From contig CDRNST010000137.1 in the NCBI GenBank assembly GCA_977016875.1, positions 124,001 through 188,000 on the forward strand: DNA of 64,000 nucleotides, written 5' to 3'. Below the pieces are notes generated by a model, which made no database searches, was not told the origin of the DNA, and was given only the letters and a program-made list of their open reading frames with translations. The translations under genes and the position numbers were made by a program. The stretch comes from Pavona decussata (lineage: Eukaryota). This document shows, piece after piece, positions 27,001 to 39,000 of this stretch (the first letter of the stretch is position 1; the number at the start of each line of letters is the position of its first letter).

Positions 27001-30000
27001 CAGCTTGCTCAAAATACATAATTTATGTGAAAAAATTTGAAGTATAAAGAAAAAAGTCCACTTTGATCACTTGTAAAAAGATTCACTTGATGATATAATG
27101 ACTGTATCATTATCAAGATCGACTTGCTTATCTAGCTACAATAGTAAAGAGTGAATGTTTTCAAAGCTTAAGTTGACCGTTGAAAACAGGTGTGGTTGAC
27201 GTTTGTCACCGGATAAGTTCATCTCAAAATCTGGACATTTCCTTGTTCCTGTTTACATATACATGGTTTTGTCCGGAGATGAGTTCATCTTGGGATGATT
27301 TTATCCTTGTCTTAAGCACCAGGATGAAATGTGACCAATTTGTATGAACAGTTGATGTAAATACTGTTTCCCAGGTTTCCAGTTTTGTGGATCATTTGAT
27401 TGTACATGTAGCACTCAGAAGTTCAAGTTCAGCTCATCATAGTGATAAGGAAAAACCTCATTTGCATTTACTTTCAACACACTTTTACATTCGCGACTGC
27501 AAAGTAGTTTTGTCAAAAGACCTCGTCAGTTGGTAGCCACAGTTTGTGGCTACCAACTGACGAGGTCTATTGACGAAACTAGTTTTGCAGTCGCGAATGT
27601 AAAAGTGTGTTGAAAGTAAATGCAAATGAGGTTTTTCCTTATCACTATGATGTTGAGTAACACTTTCTTGGCTTCGACAAGCAAAATTTCACAAACAAGT
27701 TTAGCTCAATAATCCACAAAACAATATTCAACTTCATTTTCAAAATAGTTGACATGTACATGTACGTACACATATGTGTTCTTCTTATCCTTATCAGACA
27801 GTATTTAGCAGTTGACTTTTGACAAATTTTATCTCAAGAACAGGATAAATTTTGTCTTGGGTCAGAGAGTGATCCAGGGATGAAATTCTTCCTTCCTCTC
27901 ATATAAACATGCCCTAAGTTGCTAGTAAGTAAATGCTCTTACTGTATAATACTAATATTATTGTAAGCAATGTGATCTGCAACATGGATTGCAACAACAC
28001 TATGAGGTAAAGTGTTGATTAGGGAGGAAATACATACAAGGGCTTTATCATTGAGGCAGTCTGCATCCTTGTCTTTGCAGTATTCATGCATCAGAGCTCC
28101 CTGGGTTAGATAGCAGGTCTTCTTCAGAGTTTCATCTTCTTGTACAACAGAATGGGAACACAGATCCTTTAAAGGAAAACAATAACAAATTAAAGAAATT
28201 ATTTGTGAAAATAGCTTGATTGACAATAATTTTGACAAATAAATTAATAATTAAAATTAAATTACTAAATAAATTATTATAATTTAATTTGTAAATTTGT
28301 ATAGCACATAATTCCATGACAAGATAATCAAAATAATAAAATAATGTGCTTTACAGTATGAGGACACTCTCCAGGTCAAATTAGAATTTGGAAATGCTGA
28401 TTTTTGAGGAGAAGGGAAAACAGGAGAAAACCTAACATTGGTGGGAGGCTCAAGTGCTCTCACCACTGCACCATCCCTGCACCCATAGAAGAAGGATTTT
28501 ATTTAAGGACGGTGCCTACTATTGCTACTGCGCATACGCTCTGCGCATCTCGAGATACTCGGGTTTCCTATGGGTGGTGCCTGCTAATACAGGAATATTT
28601 TTGCGCGGTTTAAAACCATGCGGAGAAAGCAGAACTTAGCAAACGCTTTTGGTATCTCGAAAGAAAATTGGGGGTAACCATGCATTTTTCCGAGATAATT
28701 AAGCTTCAATTTAGGAAAAAAGCCCTTACATTGCTTCATATTTTAGGGCTTTTTAGAGATATTATTGCTTAATTATCTCTGAAAAATGCGTGGCTACCCC
28801 CAATTTTCGTTTTGGATTTCAATAGGCCTTCCTAAGATCTGCTTTTCCTGCATAGTCATAAACCGCACAAATATACTTCGATATTAGTAGGCACCGTCCT
28901 TAAAAATTTACAATTAAAGCTGTAATATTATTTTGTTTGTTAACTGACCCTTACCGAAATTTCCTGGCACATTCTCTCAGTTGGATTGGGGGTCAAGGCA
29001 AGGCGGCGCAGAACTGGTACTGCTTGGTGCGCTTTTAGATCTCTAGACCGGATTTTATCGGTAATAACTTCGAAAACTTGTTGCTTGTAGACAAATGGCA
29101 GAGCCTCCAAGAGCCATAGCCTATGATGCAAGTGGTAAAAAAGGTACATAAAGAATAAAATGTAAGTGGCTTCACTACTCTTGTTTTTAAAATGTTTTTA
29201 TTGGGCTTTGTTTTCCACTATGACCTTGAAGAGTTTCAGAAGGTATTTTTAATGAAACAAAAAATAGCATCCACTCGAATCGAAGCCTCTAGAGAATTAC
29301 ACCTCTTTCTTTAAATACATCATACAATTCATTTCTTTAATCACTTCAATTCATTTCCATGTTAATACTCCTAATTAGCCTTGATATATAACCTGTCCAT
29401 TTGTTCAACTTAAAAAAAATGGCTATGACTCTGGAATAGAGCAAAAATATTGTGAATTCAAACTTTTTTTCTCGTATTTATAAGTAATAAACTAAAAGTT
29501 GTTTTTAAAACAATGAAAGCCATCCTCGGTCTTGTTTATCTCATTTTTCTATTCTTAATTGTCAGATTGCACTGGATTTAAAGTTTCCTAAATTTATTTA
29601 ATTTTCAACCATCAGCTAAAAAAAAAAAACTGAAATTCCATGACTATACCAAACCAACAAATTTTTCTAATTTCCATGACTTTCCAGGTCTGGAATGCAA
29701 ATTTCAAATTCCATTCCTTAATTTTTATGACTTTTCCATGACTGTGTGGCAAAAATAAACTTGAAACTTGGAACTTAAAACTAGTGTGAACCCTGAAGAA
29801 GTGCCATGCAGAGTGGCAAGATCTAGCGAACCCTACCTTACAATATTATACAACTACAAAAACTAAAATCACATTCTGTACATATTATATTTAATAATAT
29901 TATTGCCAGTCAGAAAATCTTTGCAATAATAATATTATTATTATTTTCTTCTCTCAATTCTTTGAACAGAATGTCAGTTTGCTAAATCTTATTTGAAAAC

Positions 30001-33000
30001 TAATATCCTAAAATCACAACCTACTAAAGAAAGATCACTTCATTTAAATGCTATTGCAATGAAACCACAACACTATAAAGTCCAAATTTGAAACACCAGT
30101 ACCTGTGCCGATCGTCATTAAGGCAGTGGTTCCAGATCGTGATAAGCGTCTCCTTATCCACTTTGCGTAACATTTCCACCAAAGCAGTGAATTTGTATGA
30201 CATCCATTTCTTCTCATCCACACTCTTGATCAGGAACTCAATCATCTCTTCTATCTGTATAAAAATGGAAGGAAAAACAACTCAAAACACTGAATATTGC
30301 ACTTAAATTAATGCCAAAACATGCTTTGTAAACTGAAAAAGCTTTTACTTAAATTATTTTCAATTTACTAACCAAAGTGTATTAACAGAAAAAAATGCTG
30401 TAAGTTGTGATACATCAGAGTGTCATTTTCTGTTGAACAGATCCCAGGAAATATATGTACAGCCCCCACCAGGAGTGGGATTACACATGGTAAGCTAAAT
30501 TTATTTGGAATCCCCATAAGGGTGGGGCAGGGGGGGGGTCCCCCTATAGGCACAGGGGCATGGACATTTTTTTGCAATAACATTATAAATCAAATTTTTG
30601 TTCACCAAGGGCTGACACCTTATTGTGGTGGCCAAGCTAGCATGCATTACTGACTGGGACTTTGGAACTATGCTGGCTGACACCCCAGCCCTTGGTAGTT
30701 CAATGATGCTGATTTGGCTTGGTAAAAGAGACCGGCCTGATGAAGAGCAGCCCCTGCTCCTGTCCCAGTTGGAGGTTGGGTGCTGGGCCAATCACCCACA
30801 CCCAGAATAAAATCCTGTTACAGAAATAATGTAAAACACCCAGGGATCTAAACTTCAACTACCTCATGTGTAAGCTTTTGGCATGAGAGAGTCTGTTGGC
30901 AGGTGAAGTTAACTAAATGTTTGCTTTTGTCGTTGGGTCTCTGTGCTCAAAAAGTGAAACCTTTTAATCAATGAAATACAGTCGAACCTGTATATAACGG
31001 CCCTGTATAAGTGGCCACCCTCTATTAAGCGGCCAGTTTTCAAAGTCCCGATTTTTCGCTCATACAAACGCTGTATTTGTTACCTGTATTAGCCAGCCAC
31101 CTCTATTAAGTGGCTGCGGCCACCCTGTAGCAGTCCTATGTTTGTCTTTCTTTGTTATTTTTACCTGTATTAAGCGGCCACCCTTGAATGGAAACTAAGC
31201 TATATGTTATTTTATGCGGTAGTTTATTGTGTTTAAAATGCGATCCATTTTTACTATAAAGAAATAACATGTACAGCTGATCAGATATTCGGCCGTTTAA
31301 TATCGTTAATGCCTTTCAGATGTCCGCATGGTGCTGAAGTACAGTACCATATCCCAAATGTTAAAAAAAGTTTGTTTTGAATATGCTTTACTCTATAGAA
31401 AGAAATTCCTCTTTAATTGGCTTGTTCTTCAGCCATGTGACATTGAACATTGAGCTGTAACAACAATGAAATGACGGAATAAGATATGGTGTTGTGAACT
31501 GTAAGTCATAGAAATAGAACACTGCATACCATAGAAAGGTAGAGGACAATTTATTGCATGGTACTTTTACACAATGTTACGTATATTATATACCGTTAAG
31601 TTACAAGTTGGCACTGAACTTTGTTAAAGTATTGATCGCTTGAAAGAGTGTTGATTGTCCTATTGTTTCCTTGCATGAAGTGTTTTTGTATTATACGCCA
31701 TTAAAATTGACATTAGACAACGCCCAGTGAGTATTTTTAGTGATCCTGTATTAAGTGGCCAGTTCCTCAAGTCCCGAGGGTGGCCGTTTTATACAGGTTC
31801 AACTGTACTACACACTTGTGTCTTTGCAATGTAGATCTTGAAAATCTCTGTGCTAGGATTTCACTGAGAAAGTTGGATGGCACATTTTAGGATGTAATGA
31901 TAAAATTAATAGTACTGGGATCATGATGAGATGAAAAACTGGAGGGGATCAATAAAAAAACTCTCACCTTTGTCACCATCTCAGTTTTCTGCCTGTCTGT
32001 CAGTGTTTTGTTGTCCTCATCATAGCCTGTCATCTCCAGTTTGTGCGGAGTGTCACTCACAACTGAAACTAAACAAAAATACAAGTAGGCACCGTTACTA
32101 AGGATGAAAAGGAGTACTGCAACTAAGTTTTTGTAACAACAAAAAAAAAGAAAAAACAAAAGCTGGCAGAAGAGTTGCTAAGTACATGTATGTAGGTGTT
32201 ACTTATTCCAGATGACAAACTAATACTTAGTATTGTTAATATCTTAGTATTGTTAGAAGCCATGTTTTCCTTGCCAATTCATTTTCTGTATAGCCCATTT
32301 GCACTGTCTATGTAACCCCCTAACTTGTGTTAAGTTCTCTGGATCCATAATTTACAAATTAAATGCTTCAATATCATTATGGATAATAGTCTCTGTCAAT
32401 ACTTACAACTTTCAGATCCTGCCTTAACCTCCTTGAATTTCAAAAATTGCCTGAAGAAAAACAAAGTAAACATTTGGCAAAACATGTACTAGATTTTGTG
32501 TTTGAAGGAGGGATACATGTATATGCTTGATCAGAGACAAAGAGATCAGTGTTTCACTTTGCTCTCACTGAAGCAGGGACATCCCTTGTGAAGACCATGA
32601 CACAAAATCCACAATAGTCAAACAATTAAAGTATACCGCTGGTTTATTTTACAAAAAGTCAGGTACTATGTGATCAACTTAAATTCTCCTTGATGATGGG
32701 CAATAACATACGGTGTAAGCGGTGAAAGCGATGGCCCGGTGCTACAAAGAATTTTTTTTAACTTGGTCCTTGGGTTCAATATGTATTTTCCACAGTATGT
32801 TCCTTTCACATTGGTTATATTCTTTTGTTATTTGACAATTCCACACAAAGAAAACTTATCACTGATGCAAGATGCAAACTTTTAGACATGTCAGAAAAAA
32901 TGCATGTACACATCAGGCCTCTGTTGTGTCAGTGCATTGTTTAGTGTCTAGTTAATTGAGGGGATGAACTGAAACAAACAATGAATTATACATACTTAAC

Positions 33001-36000
33001 CATGGTAGCTGCACTGCCTTTCATGTGTGCTGGTGCAAAGACGTATTTGCCCATTGTTTTGCAAATCTTTACCACAAACTTGCTCTCGCTTCCTAACATA
33101 TCACATGATGTTGAAAAGGAGATCTTCAAAGGCTGTGGGCAAACAAAAAAAAAAGATCTTTTTTATGCACGAGTCTGTTTGGTTAAGTTGCCATTACTTG
33201 GCCAAGGATTCACATGACTTCACTGCGCGTACTAAACCTTATAAACAGGGCTCACTCGTTCAAAGCATAATTACGCTACCCCAGGTGGCCAGAAATTGAA
33301 AATTGTGCAAACAAGATGTACCATAATATACAATTTCAAATATAGCCCTGGGCTGACATTTCTTCAAAGAACTTTCTAGGGTTGCATTTTTGGGGAGGTG
33401 GGGGTTGTTGTTGGAGGGAATTTTGCATTTCAAAGCCAGTTAGATTATACAGTAAAAGTTAATTACAGCTCAAAAAACTAAGCGAACAGTTTAAAACAGA
33501 TACAGTGTAGCTGACTCTATTTAAGTGATAAATTATTTAATGATTTGACTTTGAATTCAAAATTGCCCAAAATTAACTCTATTCTGACAGACTGGACATC
33601 ATGAGTAAAATAAAAATAAATTAATGTTAAATGAAGTCCCACATGATTGTAGTTTTGGACCCAAAGGCTTAAAAAATAGATCACTTAAATTTTTGCTATA
33701 GCCTGCAGAAGTAATTAATTAAAATCAAGGAAATGATGATTTCTTTCTTAATAATAATTATTGTTACCTGTTTTAACCATTAAACAACAGAAATTTGCTC
33801 CCTTATGTTGGAATTGCTCACATTAAAGGAAAAGTAACAGGTAACAGACCATTTTTGAGTTACTTTGAACCTCATTATGAAAGCGAGGCTAAGTGCAAAG
33901 TTTTACAAAAATTAGTTTTCATTCATATGTAAAACAAAACTGATTTTCACATGATAAGCTTTACACCTACCCTCCCTTTCATAACTGATGAGGTTTACAG
34001 TAAATCGGAAATGGCACATTCTTAAAATTAATGTGCTTAAAAATAAATACAGAACTATGGTTCTAAGATAAAATTCAGTCTGCAAGCCAAAATAGAGCTC
34101 AATTTGGATTTCAAGGTGAAATCAACATTTATGCCAAGTTCTTAGGACAGTAAATACCTCATCAACTGTGGTGCAGTTCTTGTTTTGGCAGCGGACACCT
34201 GGGACATTACTGAAGACACGTGGTTTTCCAGTGCAGTTATTCAGGTTTAATATCTTGGAAATCTTCATTCCACTGATCTCATTCCTTTCTGGTGGGGTGT
34301 ATTGCACGTCATACAAGTTTTCACACAGACCATGTGAGCCATACTATATTGAAAAATAGAAACATGTTTGTTGTGAGTTTGAAATACACAACAAGTATCT
34401 TGTCTGATTAGGTCAATACAGTACCTTGTACTATATATAATCCAACATGTCGATGATAATGGATTAACTGGATGCAGGATTTCATCAACAGCCAGGCCCA
34501 GTTGTTCAAAGCCCAATTAAGCTAATCCCGGATTAACGTAAACTTTGATGGAGTTTAATTCAAATCAATAAAGATTCTCTCAAAAGATGTTTGTTCATCA
34601 GTTTTGCCTTAGACTTTTCTCAACCTTAAGCTTGAAATTAGCCTTTTAAACATTTTTAAACTAGCGAGATGAAAACCTCAATTAACTTTTAATCATGGAT
34701 TAGTGTTTTTCGCTTTCGAACAACCGGGCCCAGGCAAAAAATGATCCACTAACAAATTAACACTTCAGTGTATTAAAATAATTATTGCTGATCATAAGTG
34801 TCTCAAGGCACAGATGGACTGCCCAGAGGACAGAATGGATTTAAACTTCAAAAACAAATAGGCTAACTTTTCTCAAGTTCTCGCATTTTGTTTGCAACAT
34901 GTGGCAAAACAGATTGGCTGAATATTCTTTCTCTCAATGTTGTTGCACTGTTTTCACCAACATAGGTTAAATTAAATTCACGTGACCGTTCCACTTTTAA
35001 AATGGTTTGCTCACAAAGAACCAATTGTCCTCCAACTCAAAATCTCAATGAAGCTCCTCTGTTAATCTTGGATAGTTACTTTTAGAGTTGATCAAAGGGT
35101 TGACATTAATAATATTACCTCCCAGTTCTTGTACATTCTTGGCTCACGACCAGTTACATCATCATCATCATTAGTTTGCTCGGGCCTCGTGAAGTTGTGA
35201 TGAAGAATTGCCAAGATTCCTCGTTTGATGTTAAGGATATATTCTGGTTCATCCTCGTTGCAGTAGATCTCTCCAATCTTGCCGTCCACATACTTAAACT
35301 TGATTGGCTGTTCAAGCAGAGGAACCAGTTCCTCAGATACTGGGGAGACCTTGAGTGAGTCCGAACTGCAGTCGTAGGAGGTGCCATTCACTTCAAACAG
35401 CTGGGGATTTCTGATCTAAAAACAAAAGAAATATGAGAAATAGTGAATATTCATCAATCTTTCAAATTCTCATTTCTTCAGTTCCTATGCTGTTGCTCAA
35501 AGCTATAGTAGTTTTAAAGCTTTAAGACTTTTGTAAGATATATACTTGAACCTATCCCCTCATTAATCTCAGTTGTTATGCCAACTTTATATTGAGTTAT
35601 CCATAAGAAATTGGGTGCTAATCATGTTTTAATGCCTTTATACTTTTCATGCTACCAAAAAACCAAATCCGGCTACACATACCAAATTAAATAGATTACT
35701 TCAAGTCCTAGGACAAACTGAACTCAGAATAAGTTTATGTCCCCATATAAAACGTCTTACCTACTCCACCCGAGACTAACATCCCTGTTTCCAGTATAAC
35801 TGTGTACATCATGACCAATAGCAGGTTTTCCACCCGCTCTGAGCACTGTAAAAACTAATCACTCGGCTCTTGAGAAGATTCAAAAGTGTTTAGCATGCAT
35901 GCAGCTAGAAGCACTCTGTTGAATCATGATGGCTGCCACGACTCAAGGGTAATCATTTTAACTCCAAACAACGCTATGGCGACTTTAAAATTCAACATGG

Positions 36001-39000
36001 GCCTTATTACGACAAAACCAAACTGTCTACAGTTCACATAAACCAAAACAACCACCAAATGCCTTTGGGCAGCACCGTCCGCCATCTTGACAGTGCTCTG
36101 TTGGGGACTGGGGAAGAGCTAGCTGCAAACAACTCTCCAATCCCAATCCTTTCTCTTTTTCTTCTCCTTGTCGATTTTACCAGTTCATCCTCTCCCCATT
36201 CTTTAGGGGTTACGGTGGTGAACTGAATAGCGAAATTATATTGTAAGTAAGTTGATACTGACCTTGAGGTAAGCCCACGAATCTGACTCAATGTAGAACT
36301 CTGTATCACATGTGATCTTTAAGCCTGCATACTGCTGTTCCGTATCTGGGAACCCACTGGTCAAACAAGCCTCATACTGGTACGTATAGGTGTTCAGTGG
36401 TTTGTAGCCTAAAAAAAAAAAACATTGATTATGGTGAAAACTGTCACAGGAGGGGAGGGAAAGTTTTTTTTACATAACTCTGAGTTCACCCCCTCCCCAT
36501 GGGGTCTAAAAAAAGGCATTCAATCCCTAAAAAAAAATTGGACTCTCGTACAGTGGGAGTGGCTCGAATTAGTCTTTCACTAGTATTGTCACCAAGTCGA
36601 ATTTTGCTCTGTCCTGTACCTTCTGAAGGGCCACACCTTTATAGCTCAAACTGTGGTCATTTCGATTTAACACTCCACCAAAGTAAACGTTACCAAAACC
36701 CAAATTTTAACGCCTTCAAGGTACGATCAACATTTCCATCCGTTTTGCATGTGATTCTACAGGGACATTACCTCTGCTGTGTGAATTTGTCTGAAAAGTC
36801 CCGTAAGAAATGAATTTTGCCTCACATTGTTTAATAGCTTGTTTTTTAAAAATTGTTGAGCATTTATTTGCTTCACTAAAGAGTCAGTAAATGAAAGCCA
36901 TTCTTTTCTTTTTATGTAGAAAGATTTAAATTTTTTACGTTCGGCAAATTCCGTACTGATACCTTCGCTAAATACGATAAAACCTGTTTTCCGCGTGATT
37001 TATGTTTTCAGTGTGAAGATCTTACTCTCTCGCTTGACATAAAACAATGATGATGGCGTTGACAGCCAGTAAAGATTTTCTTTTTGCTAGTGAAAGTGTT
37101 TATACCGACAAACTAAAATTTGACAGGAAACTTTATAGTTTTCTCACACCGTTATAACCGACTCAGACACAATAAAGGCACAATAGCTTATGAAGTATTA
37201 ATAAAATCCAAAGAGGATTGGTTTATCAAAAATAACAAACAATTATATCACAGGCTTAGGACATGCAATGCGGATAAAATGCCCAACAGTTCGTTAACGC
37301 GCCCAGGCAAGCAATTCGTAAGGTCAAAAATGCGTGCGTGAAATTACTGATTGTGTTAAGATACTAGAGTATTAAATTATATAATTAAAAATTCAATTCA
37401 ATTAAGAGATTGAACTCCATTCTGTTGAAATTCCAATATTTTATCGAAAAAACAACACCACACTCATGAAAAATTTGTTCTTCAACGCCTGATTGTTTGC
37501 GTAGTCGAAAGTTCAAGTAGATATTTAGGAACTCTACTCTTAAAGGGGTCGCACTGTCAAGGGACGGTTTATGCTTAATCGCTGACAGAAATTGCTTAAA
37601 TGTTTGACAAATAACCTGTTTTACAACATGACATTGCCCTTAGAACACCAGGGAGACAAATATTAAGGGATTTCGGAAAGGAAGAACAAGCTAGTATCTG
37701 CTATTAGTAACTTCTCTAAAATACACAGGAAGAACTTGAAAAAACATTAGTTGCAACCACTTTCATCCAGCCATCTGCAGCGTAACATATAAATTATTAC
37801 TAGTTTCTGAGCACTAGTACCAAGACTGGCCCATAACTTTAGGGATTCCATGGATTCAAATACGTTTTCTCTCTATTCAAAGTGGCACAAAAATACTTGA
37901 CAATGCCACCATAACATAGCCCATGGGCTCCTGTTATGGTGCAACGTTCACGGGAGGGGAGGGAACGTTTTGTTACATACATCTGAGTTGACCCCCTCCC
38001 CTGGGGGGCTAAAATGGGCTTTTAAAATGTATTGGACTCTCGTAAAGTGGGAGTGGCTAGAGTTCGTCTTTCACAAGTTTTGACACCAAGTCGAATTTTG
38101 CCCTGTCCTGTACCTACTGAAGGGCCACGCCTTTATAGCTCAAACTTTGGTCATTCGGATTTAACACCACCAAAGTAAACGTTACCAGAACTCAAATTTT
38201 AACGCCTTCAAGGCACGATCAACATTCATGTGATTCTACAGGGACATTGCCTATGCTGTGTGAATTTGACTGAAAAGTCCCGTAAGAAATGAATTTTGCG
38301 TCACATCGTTTAATTTCTTTTTTTTTTTAACTGTTGAGCATTTTATTTGCTTCAGATAACAATAGGTAAAAGAGTCACTAAATATAAAGTCATTCGTTTC
38401 TTGTGTAGAAAGATTTAAATTTTTTACATTCGGCAAATCCCGTACATACCTTCGCTAAATACGATAAAACCTGTTTTTCGCGTGATTTATGTTTTCAGTG
38501 TAAAGGTCTTACTCTCTCGCTTGACACAATTCAATGGTGATAGTGTTGACAGCCAATAAGATTTCCTTTTTGCTACTGAAAGTGTTTATATCGACAAACT
38601 GAAATCTGACCGACAGGAAACTTTATGCTTTTCTCTCACCGTTATAACCACTCAGTTTAAGACAAGTTTTAACGAATTGAAATCTCTGCGAAAACAAAAG
38701 GCACATTAGCTTATAGAGTATTAATAAAATCCAAAGAGGATTGGTTTGTTAGAAATAACAAACAATTATGTCAGAGGTTTAGGACACGCAATGCGGATGA
38801 AATACTTGACAGTTCAAACGCGCTCAGGCAAGCAATTCGTACTGGGTCAAAAAGGCGTGCGTGAAATTACTGATTATATTGGGATACAAGAGTATAAAAT
38901 TATAAAATTAAAAATTAAATTAAATTAGCAGATCGAGCTCCTTTCTGTTGAAATTCAACCGAACATTTTATCGAAACACAACACTACACGCATGAAAGGT

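Noticed and set aside
37026-37095. Alternative Vtg signal-peptide exon
   Set aside because: No in-frame ATG, wrong phase, and degraded in the duplicate copy; a good signal-peptide exon exists at 40819-40873.
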